In this document: piece by piece, positions 11,092 to 24,500 of the stretch | Position numbering within the stretch: the first letter of the stretch is position 1 | Layout: each line of letters starts with the position of its first letter | Assembly (NCBI GenBank): GCA_038087875.1 | Contig: CM075990.1 | Span: forward strand, 1,614,001-1,678,000 | Origin: Malacoraja senta | Lineage: Eukaryota | Reading direction: 5' to 3' | Length of the DNA: 64,000 nucleotides | Made by a program: the position numbers and the translations under genes | The notes under the pieces: generated by a model | What the model saw: only the letters and a program-made list of their open reading frames with translations | The model's database searches: none | What the model was told of the DNA's origin: nothing

Positions 11092-12400
11092 ATACAGCGT
11101 TCCAGATATTTTAGCAATGAACGTCTTTTAAAGTATCTGAATTACCCTATTCCAGCAGCCCTGTTGCTGAATGTTCGGTTTATCTTGCTCAATCTAAAAG
11201 CAGCGGGCACCGACTGAGCTGCAGCCGAGGATTCACCCACACCCGGATGTTTATTTTCTCCAATCCCCAGATCCCATTAATTTCCCAATCCCGTCAATGC
11301 GATGAACTGAATGTCACATTCCTTCACCGTTGAAGGGCCAGCAGATTACGTTGACTCGTTGCGGAATATATCCGGTGCCTTCACAAGTTCATTTCAAGTG
11401 CATTGTTTTAGTCACAGAGTCACACTGCAATGGAGACAGTTCCGTTCCCCACTCGCCGATGGAATAGTGTGGCCTGCCTTCTGTCTGGTTTACACCGAGT
11501 GCCGGAGATAGACACAAAAAGCTGGAGTAACTCAGCGGGACAGGCAGCATCTCTGGAGAGAAGGAATGGGTGACTGAATGGCTCAGTCGGAAGAATTTTA
11601 TCGACCCGAAGCGTCACCCATTCCTTCTCTCCAGAGATACTGCTTGTCCCACTGAGAGACTGCAGCTTTTTGTGTCTATCTTCGGTTTAAACCAGCATCT
11701 GCAGTTCCTTCTTACATACAGTGCCGTCAGCTACCTGTCTATTTCCCCGTGGACTATCTCTCCTCACTCTCCCTTCACTCCGACATGGACTTCTTCCAGA
11801 ACAAAAACCCTTCGTCGCACTATTTCCATGCCGACCAGATATTGCCCGTATACGCGCATCCCATTTCTCACCACCTGTTCCTTTGACTACTACCCTTCAG
11901 TGATTATCAGAAATACCCCCCTTGTTCTACCCATTCCCCGCTCCCCCACTCTCTCTGCTACTGAACATGAACGTTTTTATCTCTGTATCAATGTTGCAAT
12001 GAAGAACACGGGAGCTGAACCATTGGCTCCACCATTTCCTGTTCTATACCATGGGGAGATATTATGAGGAGAAGCAGGAGAATGGGGTTAGGAGGGAGAT
12101 ATAGATCAGCCGCGCTTGAATGGAGGAGTGGACTTGATGGGCCGAGTGGCCTAACTCTACTCCTATCACTTATGACCAGTACACAGCTTCATGCAGCAGA
12201 GAATATTATGAATTAATTGGTCAACGGCCGAACACAACGGGGACCATGGTGTCACCCTCGGATTCTCAAATAAAACTCATAAAATGATGCAATGAGGCAA
12301 AGCCTTTTGTTTAAATTGGGATTTCCCCGAATGAAACGAAATATACGTTGTGCACGCGTGTGAACGGATGGTATTTTCTCAAAAGTATCCATTGATAGAA

Positions 12401-12472
12401 TAGCAGAGGATGGTTTCGATCCATCGACCTCTGGGTTATGGGCCCAGCACGCTTCCGCTGCGCCACTCTGCT
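12401..12472 (-). tRNA. trnM: Initiator tRNA-Met(CAT), copy 2
   Basis: Identical to copy 1, within the second duplication unit. Confidence 0.98.
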
Positions 12473-12673
12473 CTGACAGAAACATTCTTAGAGTGTGTGC
12501 TCCTTTTTGCTAATTTCGTTGTTTTCATCACTTACCTCACACCGTTTGCAGGCTTTGCTTTCTTTCCTCACGTACCCACTTCTATCTTCCATTTTTTCTC
12601 CATCTTACTTTCTTTATTTCTTATTCTCTACCCCATCCGATTGTTATGACTGTGCTGTCTGTCCCGGTCGGAT

Positions 12674-13326
12674 AGGGAGGTTGCACGGCAGTCGAGTCAC
12701 GACCCGTGACCCGTACTGTTGCCACGCAACGCCAACAGGAGTACACGGGTTGAACTGCAGGTAAGCACTTACCATTGTTTCCAGCGTTGTGGGCCCGTAA
12801 AAAGCGCATTTTATGCGCTGTAAATAATTATGGAAATCGGGGTAAGCGTGAGAGACATTTATCCTACATCAGAATTGCAAATGTGAGGAGAAATTATGGT
12901 AGATTTATCACTTCTGAAACTTTTTAGATACCAAGGGAATAAAGAAAACACAAATAATGCCTTACTGTTGATGAAATGCAGTGAGCAAACGCGATAATTC
13001 CCAATATTTTCACTCTTGATATCTGCACGCCCAATATCCGCCAACCACTTAATCTGTTGTTGTGCCTTCAGCTCTCGCTTCTCTCTACCATAATTTCTCC
13101 TCACTTTTGGAATTCTGAAGTAGGATAAATGTCTCCCACGCTTACCACGATCTCCACAATTATTTACAACGCATAAAAAAGACAATTTCGGCGGTTTTTA
13201 ACGGGTAAGAAAGTACGCGTTTCGCGCATTAACAGTATATGCCGGAAGCTGCCATGTATTCCACATGGATTGAGCTGCTCCGTGCGTCACGCCCTTTGAC
13301 CCTATGACCTTACGTGCAACCCACCT
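12674..13326 (-). mobile_element. Non-autonomous THAP-bearing DNA transposon (ISL2EU-like), copy 2
   Basis: AT|AGGGAGGTTGCACG ... CGTGCAACCCACCT|AT; THAP ORF 12859-13185 retains the conserved Trp (IKWLADI). Confidence 0.78.
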
Positions 13327-14294
13327 ATACAGCGTTCCAGATATTTTAGCAATGAACGTCTTTTAAAGTATCAGAATTACCCTATTCCAGCAGCCCTGTT
13401 GCTGAATGTTCGGTTTATCTTGCTCAATCTAAAAGCAGCGGGCACCGACTGAGCTGCAGCCGAGGATTCAGCCACACCCGGATGTTTATTTTCTCCAATC
13501 CCCAGATCCCATTAATTTCCCAATCCCGTCAATGCGATGAACTGAATGTCACATTCCTTCACCGTTGAAGGGCCAGCAGATCACGTTGACTCGTTGCGGA
13601 ATATATCCGGTGCCTTCACAAGTTCATTTCAAGTGCAACACATCCGTCTGCCGGGTTTCACACTTGGCGACCTAACGGCTGCAGTAAACTTCGGAGCAAC
13701 AAGGCGGGAGCAGGTAATAATAATAATAATGGATTTTATTTACGGGCGCCTTATACCGAGGTCTCAAGGACACCTTACAGAGATTTATAGGAAACATATA
13801 ATCAGAATTAAAAAAAATATATATGTTATAAAGACCAATCCATAAATCAGGGACAGAATTCCTTCCAAAACCACAAAAAAAAGTAGTGACAATGAGCAGC
13901 AGGGGAGTACCGCAGGTCCCAGGGAATCTGCCGGCTAAAGAGGGATGGCGATCAGCAAGACTGTTCTCCCGGCTGAGACTCGCCCGTTGCACCCCCGGAG
14001 ATAGACACAAAATGTATTGAATTGAATACACTTTATTAGCCAAGTATGAATACATACAAGGAATTCGCCTTGTTGCTTTGTTCGCAAGTAACAACACGAT
14101 ATACAGTAGACAATTAATAATAAAATGCTGGAGTAACTCAGCAGGACAGGCAGCATCTCTGGAGAGAAGGAATGGGTGACGTTTCGGGTCGAAACTTGTT
14201 CAGATTTATGCCAGGGGAGAGGGAGATAAGCACAACAAGGTGGAGTAACTCAGCGGGGCAGGCAGCATCTCTGGAGAGAATGAATGGGTGACGG

Positions 14295-14436
14295 ATACAG
14301 TTGATGAAGCTGGAGGAGGTGCAAATGATCCCCTGCTGCACCTGAAAAGACTCTCGGGGTCCTTGGACGGAGTCGAGGTGGGGGGGGGATGGCATTGGGC
14401 ATTGGGACAGGTGTTGCCACTCCTGCTGATGCAGGG
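14295..14436 (-). mobile_element. Penelope-like element fragment (GIY-YIG region), resuming after Gypsy-2 at 17257
   Basis: DSVQGPRESFQVQQGIICTSSSFINCIR resembles the FTCTSSNLIYC motif at 46680; sequence is colinear across the Gypsy-2 TSD. Confidence 0.75.
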
Positions 14437-17256
14437 TGTGCATGTGAACCAATCACACATAAGCCAGCATCACTAACTCCACCCCACTATAACACTTATA
14501 CTAACACTCGTTCCCGGCACTGCCAGTCTGAGCAGCTAGGATGTACTGACCCTATTTTCTGTCCTCGATGCAAAGAACTCTTTCTGGCAGATACCGCTGG
14601 ACAACAAGTCATCAAACCGCACCACATTTGCCACCCCATTCGGCAGATATAAGTTTCTGAGAATGCCATTCGGAATCAACTCCGCCAGTGAAGTCTTCCA
14701 AAGAACTATGGAGCAATTATTCGAGGACCTACCTTGTGCCATTATTGTCGACGATATCCTCGTGTATGGCAAAGACGCAGCGGAACACGATCACAATCTC
14801 AGGCTCATCTTGGAGCGCGCCCGCAAGATCAACCTCAAGCTCAATCCTGGCAAGTGCAAGTTCAGGGTTCCAGTGGTCTCGTACGTCGGCCACATCTTCA
14901 CTCCTGATGGCCTCAAACCCGATCCGAAGAAAGCTACTGCCATCACAGAAATGCCTGCCCCAAAGACGTGAAAGGCCTGCAACGTTTTCTGGGCATGGTA
15001 AACTATCTCGGAAAGTTCATACCGAACCTCAGCGAACTAAGCTCCACACTACGGCAGCTGACCAAAAATGACACTGCATGGTCATGGTTCCAGCAACATC
15101 AGGTTGCCTTTAATGTTTTAAAATCCAAACTGACCAGTGCTCCGACCCTGACTTTTTTCGACTTGAAACGTCCGGTGACGATCACCTGCAATGGCTCGAA
15201 ATTCGGGCTCGGCGCAGCCTGCTTGCAACTATCTGACGATGGCACCTGTCGCTTATGCCTCTCGCACCATGACCGACACGGAGCAGCACTATGCGCAAAT
15301 CGAAACGGAACTGCTGGCTGTCGTCTTTACCTGCTCCAAATTCCACGACTTCGTCTTTGGCAACACATTCACGGTGGAGACGGACCACCAACCACTGGTG
15401 ACAATCCTGAACAAGCCCATCCATGCCGGGCCAGCTCGCTTGCAGCGCATGATGATGCAGCTGCAGCGGTACGACTTCTCTATTACCTACACAAAGGTTA
15501 AGGACATGCATGTCGCTGACACTCCCTCTCGTGCACCTCGGGCATCTTGCGAACAACACCCCCATGAACAGGAAAATTTCACGGCCCTCGGTGTCGATCT
15601 CGTCTCCAGTAAGCAACTGCGCGCCCTGGCCGCGCGCACTGCCACTGACAATACGCTTCAAACCCTCTCCTCCATTATCAAAACAGGCTGGCCAGACAAA
15701 CAATCCGACACGCCCACAGAGGTGCAGCCGTTCTTCTTGGTCCTTGATGAACTGTTGGTTCAGGATGGTGTTGTTGTTAAGGGTCACAAAGTTGTGATAC
15801 CCTCATCGCTACGAGGCGAATACTTCAATGAGGCGCACAGCGGCCACCCAGGAGCCGACTCCACACTGGCACGCGTTCGTGGCCTGTTCTACTGGCTGGG
15901 AATGGCCATCCGGGACCGCATAGCCTCCTGCCCCACTTGCAACAACCTTGCGCCTCATCAGCAGCGGCAACCTCTTCTGCAACAACCTCCACCAGCACTG
16001 CCCTGGACGTCGCTGGCGGCGGACATTTTCGAATGGTGCGGAAAGCACTACCTCGTTCTCGTCAACTCCTTTTCTAACTGGTTTGAACTGGACCAACTGA
16101 CCTCCCTCACATCTGAGATGGTCATCAAGAAGCTGAAAAGACACTTCTCAGCCTATGGCGCTCCTGTCAGCCTGAGAACCGACAACGGTCGGCTGTTCAC
16201 CAGCCACATGTTCAAGCTTTTCGCAGACCGATGGGACTTCCAGCACGTCACGAGCAGTCCCGAGTATCCACAGAGTAATGGACTCGTTGAACGCGCTGTC
16301 AGAAGCGCCAAACACTTGCTGGAGGGAGCGCGCATTTCAAAGTCAGACGTCTATCTCGATCTCCTGAATCTCAGAAACATTGCCAGAGACGGACCCTTGG
16401 GATCGCCGGCACAACGCCTAATGTCGAGATTGACGAGGTCCCCGGTCCCCATCGCACAACAGCAGCTGGTCCCTCAGGTGCTGAAGCCTGCCACTATCCA
16501 GAAACGTCTCCAAGAGAAGCATGACATCCAGAAACGGTCATCCGACAGTTCCAGCAGACCACTCAAGTCTTTACTGCCGGGCCACGTCGTCCATCTACGA
16601 ACTTCAACTGGACATTCCCGTCTAGGCACTGTTGTCAGCCCGACTGACGAGCCACGATCCTACCTTGTGGACTGTGAGGGAGCGGTATACCGGAGAAGTC
16701 GACAACACCTGCTTGCTGTGAGGGAGTCCCGACCACCGCCTGCTGGTCCCTATGCTCCGCCGCTCCAATTCCAGCCGCCTTTTGCAATGTCTCCCACCCG
16801 TCCCCGCATGCCTTGCACCCCTCCACGTCCCTCGGTCTCCACTAACCATGGGGTTTCACCTATCGCATGTTTCCCCTTTCGGTCGCGTCAAGCTTCTCCC
16901 GCGCCATTCTCGCCTCCAGGCTCTCCGTCTCATCTTTCAGGTCCGCACGCGCTCGGGCTGCGTTAGTAAACCACCAGACAGATATGGCGAGTATGTTTAA
17001 CTCCATGGTATGGGTGCCCTTTCCACACTTAATCTTTCGGGGAAGGATGTAGATTGATGATGCATGTGAACCAATCACACATAAGCCAGCATCACTAACT
17101 CCACCCCACTATAACACTTATACTAACAGTCGTTCCCGGCACTGCCAGTCTGAGCAGCTAGGATGTACTGACAACCTATTGTCCTCAACGCTGCTAAGTT
17201 CCAGTGCTGATTAAAGATGTGTTCAAATCATACACTGTCTCTGGTGCTTGTTTACA
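14437..17256 (+). mobile_element. Gypsy-2: internally deleted Gypsy (lacks PBS, gag, protease and RT N-terminus)
   Basis: TSD CAGGG (14432-14436, 17257-17261); partial 5' LTR 14437-14550 fused to RT; frameshifted RT-RH-IN ORFs 14663-16966; PPT GGGGAAGGA; 3' LTR 17048-17256. Confidence 0.92.
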
Positions 17257-20200
17257 CAGGGGAAAGTAACTGGTAAGGGGGAGGTTTGAGTGGGGGTTGT
17301 CCCATAACCTGATAGGTGAGATTTCCTTATTCGAGGGTTTCCCTCTTCTCTCATAGAGCCTCACACCTCAGTGTCCCGTAGATCTGCTCTGGCTTTCTGT
17401 TCGCCCAGTCGCAACTAAGACAGTTCCTCTGATCCTCACTTTTCACCCCCCCCCCCTCCCCCCGACTCGCATCCAACACATTACCCTCCGACATTTCCGT
17501 CACCTCCTGAGGGATGCCGCCACTAATCACACCTTCCCATCTCCACCCCTTTCTGCGCTCCCCAGTGTTATATTCTGGACGGCAGCATGAACAACAACTT
17601 ACACGCTGGTTGCCTGGATCACGAAAGAGAGAATTATTACATCCCCTGCTTATATGGAACACCAACTCATATACATATACATGAATATGTATGAATACAT
17701 TACATCATCTCCTTTTTTAAAGTATTAAATTTAAGTACTCAGTTACAATTATGTTGTTGTGATACTTGATTTAACCCAGTATTTATGAAGTCTTAAATGA
17801 TAAACATACTATTTTTATTTTACATATCTACAAATTTTTGTTTTACTTGTGCAGTGAGTTGTATAACTTACAAACCTAACCTGGCTGCAGGTTTACGGAT
17901 TCTGCCTGATCGTCTAACAGTAACAGGTGTAACATGTTTAGGTATTGACTCAACTGTAGGCTTGTTTGGCTCTGTTTTAGCACCCTGATTTAACTAGAGG
18001 AATCTGTTTCTTTGTCTGTACTAACTGAACTTTATGTTTCAACCACAATGGTCTCTTCCAACTCCCTTTCAGATAAAAACTCGGGGATTAGGACTTCATG
18101 CTCAGTTTTTGGTGCATCTTTGGCTGGAATCATTTGATCAACATGAAAACTTTTTATCCTATCTCCAACTTCAACTAAGTATCTTTTTGTTCCACACTTC
18201 CACTATTTTCCCAGCATCCAATTTTCTCGACTGGACTTGTTGGGAGGACTGAGAACACGAACCTGCTCATCGGGCTTGAAGTACCTCTCCTTTTTGTGGG
18301 AGTCTAAATGGCGTTTTTGACAACTGTTTTTGCTCAACTCTCAAGGCCAACTTGGGTTGAATTAGACAGGCGTATTCTTAGCCTTCTCCTCATCAACAGT
18401 TCTGCAGGTGAGTAACCCGTTGTTGTGTGTTGTGTGGTTCTATACTTCAGCAAGAAACTAGCCAAACGATGTTTTATGCTGAGCTTTGAATTATCCAGCA
18501 AAACCTGTTTCTTGAGAGCATCTTTGACAATTCTAACCGACCTTTCTGCCGCCCCGTTGGAAGCTGGATGGTATGGGGAAACAAGTCTGTGTTTTACACC
18601 ATTCCGCTACATGAAATCTTGAACTGTTCTGAACGAAACTGAGGCTCCTTATCAGAAACAAGTTCTCCCTGTAAACCATGCCATTCAAACATTGATCTCA
18701 ACTCATCTATGGTACACTCATTAGTAGTGCTTGACCCCATATGCTTAACTCAATCCATTTGGAATGACAATCTACTAGTACCAGAAAGTGATCATTACCC
18801 TTTTCACAAAAATCTACATGAACTCTCTGAAAATGTCTACTTGGCCACGACATGTTTTTGGTGGTTTACTCCGGCAGTTTTGGCAGACACTACATTTGCT
18901 CACCAGTGACTCGATGTCACTGCCAATACCAGGCCAATACACAAAACATCTGGCAATTGACTTCATGCTTACTATGCCAGGATGTTCGGCATGAATTTCA
19001 TTCATAATTTTGTTTCTCAAAGACTCTGGTACAACCACTCTGTAACCCCACAATGCATCCCTGCTCATGGCGTCGATTATGCAGAGGCTTCAGCTCTCAG
19101 TTCAGTACTGAGTTCAATCCATTATCGATTTCAGTCTAACCGTTCAATGTCTGTTCATAAACCCTCTTCAGCACAATGTCTTTCTCTGTTTCTGCTGCAA
19201 TTTCTGTTGCACTCACTGGAAAGTCTTCATCTACAACTTGCAGTGTGTAGATTGAGTTCTCACTTCCCACGTCAGAGTTCTCATGGGGCAACCGGGACAA
19301 CGTATCTGCAACTGCGTTGCACTTGGAGCTTCTGTACTCAACCTTGTAGTTAAACTGGCACAGCAAAATTGCCCAGCGCTGCATCCTTGATGCCGCCATG
19401 GAAGGTGTAGCCGACTTGGGACAAAGTATCACTCGTAGTGGCTTGTGATCAGTCACTAGGGTGAATGGTCTGCCGAGAAGAACCTGATGGCATTTTTTGA
19501 GTGCTTCCTTTTCTATCTGTGCATAATTGCGTTCACTCGGTGATATGGTATGGGTTGCAAAATAAATCGTATTTTCCTGTCCATCACTGCAGCTACACCA
19601 TAACTTGAAGCATCTCAAGCAACTTTCATCTCGCGTGTCGTATCGTGGTGAAAAAGGACTGTCACTTGTCAAGTTTTCGTTGCAGATGTCATATGCACGT
19701 TGCTGTTCCTTTCCCCACATCCATTTCACATCTTTTTGGAGCAGATGATGTAGTGGCTTTAGCACAGTTGCTAAATCTGGAAGGAATCGTGCATAGAACT
19801 GCACCACCCCAAGGAATGATCGTAGCTCTGAAACGATCATATTTGGGTTTTGGAGCATTCACTATTGCTTCCACGTTCGCCTTCACAGGGCGAGGTCCAT
19901 TGGCGTCTACTTTGAGTCCGAGTTAGACCACCTCTGACTGCGCAAATGCACATTTATACTGTCGCAGTTTCACATTGTGGCAGTTCAGTCGTGTGAGAAC
20001 TTGCTCAAGGATTTCCAGATGTTCCACCATGCCCTCTGTGAATATCAGTAGGTCATCCTAGTTGCACCCACAGTTCGGAATGACTTGTAACATTTTGTTC
20101 ATGACAGACTGGAAAATATTCTGGGAGGATTTCACACCATAGGGCAGCTTTGTATATGAATACAAGCCCTTATGTGTGTTGATACATGTGTGAAGATTCT

Positions 20201-21583
20201 TGCTCTGCTAAGTTCTGCGTACAGATCTTGTGAGGTTTGTAACGGATATTGTTCGTCATCAACGGCTTGGCTGATTGTGACTTTGTAGGCACCACATAGT
20301 CGAACAGTTTGGTACGGACACAATTGGCGTTGCCTAGTTACTCTGGTCTATCTTCACGAGTACTCCATTCCGCTCTAACCTGTCAAGTTCTTCCTCCACT
20401 TGTTGCTTTAGTGCATACGGTACAGGTCTTGGTCGACAATACACAGGTTTCACATCTTGCTTGTCGAATGTGTGCAGAGTACCCTGTTATTCCCGTGTAA
20501 CTGTCGGCAAAAATATCTGCATGTTTGCTTATGACGTTTTTCAAGACGTGATTTGGACAAATCGACGCTGAAAATGTTCTTCCAGTCTAACTCTCTTCTA
20601 CTCAGCCAATCCTTTCAAAGGATGGTTGGTTTATTTCTGCATCTGGCCACTATGATGGGCAGTGTTACTGACTGACCATTATGCTGAACTTTACAGTTTA
20701 TTTGGCCACATATCTCCAAAACTTCGCCGGAGTAGGTTTTCAGCTTGACCTTACTCTCAAACAATGGTATCTGTGGGAACTTTGTTTTGTGCAGATCTTT
20801 GCTCGTGACCGAACAATCTGCTGCCGTGTCAATACACATATCGATTAATTGTTCATTTATCAATAGTTTGGTTCGAAAGTCCTTACCTTGGCTGGTTGTA
20901 TGCTTATCGATGTCGGTTGCATAAATGGTGTACAACCCAAGTTCATTTCCATCTGGGTTCATCTCCAAGTTGTGAACTCCTCTATGGTGTTGTCGCTTGT
21001 TTCCCGCCGATGGTTAGTTACCTGTTTTAAGCTTGGCCCGACCTGCTGAGGCGATATGGCCTTTCTTCTAGATTTTATGGCACTTGGCCATTTTGAACTG
21101 ACAAAATTGGGATTAGTCATTACCGTTGCAACGATAACAACGGGCTGAACTTGGCTCCCTGCCGTAGTTTGGTTTTGGTTTAGCGCCCCTTGGCGCCATA
21201 GGCACTGCCTTGTGACTGTAAATGGCCACAGCAGTCCATGGTGGACGAAACTCGCGAGCATTCTTTGAAGCCATCTCCATTCTGGTAGCAATCTGGCATT
21301 TCGTTCATCCACTAGACCACAAACAAATCTGTTGCATAGTGTGCGTCTGAGAAAGGTTCCAAAGTTACAGTGCTAAGTTAAGTTTTTCAAGGAAACAATG
21401 TACTTATTCATTGTCTTATTCTGCTTCTGCTTTCTAGTGCCGAATTTATAGCTTTCTGCAATATCCAGAGGTTTGGGTTGAAGTGCTCCTCCATTTTCTT
21501 CATAATGCAATTGAATGGCACGTCTTTTCCCTTTATGGGCGCAAGGAGATTCACGAGTGTGCCGTACATTTCTCCGAGAGCAG

Positions 21584-24500
21584 AATAGTAAGATTAAACG
21601 AGAACTTACGAGTTTGAAGTTTGATCTGTATTTTATGAGGAGTTACGATGAGGGATTACGTGAAGAGCCCGTCCAGCACGCATGCGCGACATTCTTCAAA
21701 GCAGCGGTGTGGAATCACAGGAAACACAATAATTGAAATAAACATAGTAAAGAAAAGGAGAACTAAGATACCAGTTGATCAATAATTGAGGGTAGGAGCG
21801 GAGGGCACGTAATCCCTCATCGTAACTCCTCATAAAATACAGTTCAAACTTCAAACTGGTAAGTTATCGTTTAATCTTACTATTTTACTTCGGAGTCACG
21901 TGAGTGACTACGTGAAGATTTTAAAGCTCTGTGATTTCAAACCGTGTAACAGTTCATACTTCACTCGCTGCCGAAGTCATTCAAGGGAGGAAGTATGTTA
22001 TCGTAATCAACCATAATCTGTTTGTAAACAATAATGGTATCTATTAAACAATAACAAAAGACAAAATGCTCCCCCGGTCTTAAATTATATATATTTGCAG
22101 ATTTTAAAACTCTTTCTGCAAATAACACAGGTTCTGCTAGCGGCTTGTGGTAGAACGTTTGGAACGTTTTCTCCATGTTCATTCTTTTAGCCGCCGATGT
22201 GGATGCTGCCCTCGTGGAGTGAGATGTATATACATCAGTATCTACTCCAGCAGCTCCCAGTACCTGCTTGAGCCATCTCGTGGCTGACCCATAAGGCTTT
22301 TTTTTTTTTTCTCCCTCGAGAATTTCTTGTTGTGTTGATGTAAGTGAATAAGTGAGTCATGACACACAACCGTAGGTCAGGTGAGTATGCCCGGAAATCC
22401 ATAACTAGGACTCAAGTTCCTGGCTTGCTCTGCTTTAGCAGCTCCTGAATGGTGAATGAGACCCGGTCTGGTGTTATAACCATGTTGTCCAGTCGCAGTA
22501 AGTGGAGGGACTGGCCTCTTTGTGCTGAGACTAGTGGCATCAGCATGACCGTTTTCAGGGTTAGCTTTTCCAGGGTGAGAGACCTGGCTGGGGACCATCC
22601 CCTTAGGTATGTCAGGACCACACTGACATCCCAGATTTGGGTATACCTAGGTCTAAGAGGGTTGGAGTTGACGATACTCCTCATGAGTTTGATCACCAGC
22701 GGTTGAGACCCTATGGCCTGTTGTCCTGGCACCTGTTTTAAGTAGGCTGACAGCGCACGTCTGGCAGTATTGATGGCGCTGTAGCTCAATCCTTCATTAT
22801 GGTGAAGGTCCCCCAGGAACTCCAGTACATTGGTTATGGTTGCAGATGAGTACGTTGTCCCAGTAGTCGAGCAGTATCTTTCCCACTTCCTGATGCTCGA
22901 TAGGTATTGTTTCCTGGTGGACATACGGTGTCATCATGTTGATGGTCCTGTCAGACACCCCAGTCCCAGCAGTGGTCTTTTGATAATCTGCAACCCAGTA
23001 GGTTAATTTTGTCATGGCATGCATGACTTATGCCTGATACAGGGTGCGTCAATAGGTCTGGGCTACTGGGAAAGGTCATAGGAGTTTCGATGACCATGTC
23101 GAGGACCACTGGGAACCATGGCTGTGTAGGCCAGTTGGTACTATCAAAATACCTGAAGCAGAGTCCATCTGTATTTTGCGTTGTACCCTACAGATTAAGG
23201 CAGAAGGGGGGGAAAGCATAGAAGAAATAGGTCCCCCAGTTCAGCGCGAATGCATCTATCGCTGCTGCCTCAGGTTGTGGTTCCCAAGGGACATACATTG
23301 GTACGTGGTGATTTAGTCTGGATGCAAATAGATCGATATCTGGTGTGCCATATTGGTTTGTAATTTTAGCAAAAGCTCTAGGATTTAACATCCATTCGGT
23401 GTTTATCATTGAATTTGCGTGACCTGGCACTGTATTTAGCTTACCTGGTAGGTAAGTTGCTGATAGCCAAATATGTCTATCGACCCACCATTACCAGATT
23501 CTGTTGACCCAATTGTCACATGATATCGATTTTATTCCGCCCAAAAGGTTAATGTAGGCCACCACCGTGATATTATCAATTTGTAAATGAACATGCAAGT
23601 TGTGCATATTCCTAGAATATGCTTTAAAACCATAAAACGCACCCAACATTTCCAAATAATTTATGCCCAGTGTTTGTAGTAAAGATGAGTCTAGGTTAGT
23701 CCATCTACCACCTGTGCTGGATATGGTATTAGTTGCTCCCCAGCCTTGAGCACTGGCATCTGTTTGTATAATTAACGTTGGGTTATTGATGATGATAGGG
23801 CTGGAACTATGCCAAATGTGGTATATCCACCATTGTAATTCTGATATTGCTTCAATGGGTAGTTTCATGGTTCTGTCAAAGTGACCTGCATGTCGTTTCA
23901 ACGCCTGTACTTTTGCCCTTTGTAGGTGCTGATAGTGCAGGAGTCCAAATTGTGTAGCTGAAAATGCTGCTACCATTTTGCCAATTACTCTTGCCACTTG
24001 TCGGATGGTTGGTCGATTGCTTACCATTAAATTGTTGCACACCTGTGTCAATTCTGCTGCTTTACCTTTTGGCAACGTTACAGACATGTGGATTGAGTTA
24101 ATTGTGAATCCCAGATAGTCCATAGTTGTGGATGGCGTCAACTTAGATTTATCTGGATGTATGACAAACCTAGGGTTTCAAACAATTGTTTGGTAGCTAA
24201 TACAGCTGATTTAGCCAACTCCATGGTTTTGCCTACTATTAGGATATCATCAAGATACGCCATGACAATATGTCTTTGTTTCGTTAATGTTGCCAAGGCT
24301 GGTTTTAATATCTTGGTAAATAGTCTAGGGCTGATGTCAACCCACTAGGCAACACTTTATACTGCCATAGTTGCCCCATCCAGGTAAATTTTCAGGTATC
24401 TGCGATGACCCTTGTGAATGGGTACTGAATAGTAGGCATCTTTTAAATCGATGCTTGCCATAAAGTATCCTTTGGAAATCAGTTGTTTAGCAGTTACAAA

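Larger units (their letters stand above)
9175..13637. repeat. Recent tandem duplication, unit ~2235 bp (9175-11409 and 11410-13637)
   Basis: Near-identical sequence and ORF pairs offset by 2235-2236 bp (10016/12252, 10624/12859, 11311/13546). Confidence 0.95.

Noticed and set aside
23030..23430. DNA adenine methyltransferase motifs suggesting a bacterial restriction-modification gene or contamination
   Set aside because: The MTase-like domain is a normal part of DIRS pol and lies between RNase H and YR in both DIRS copies
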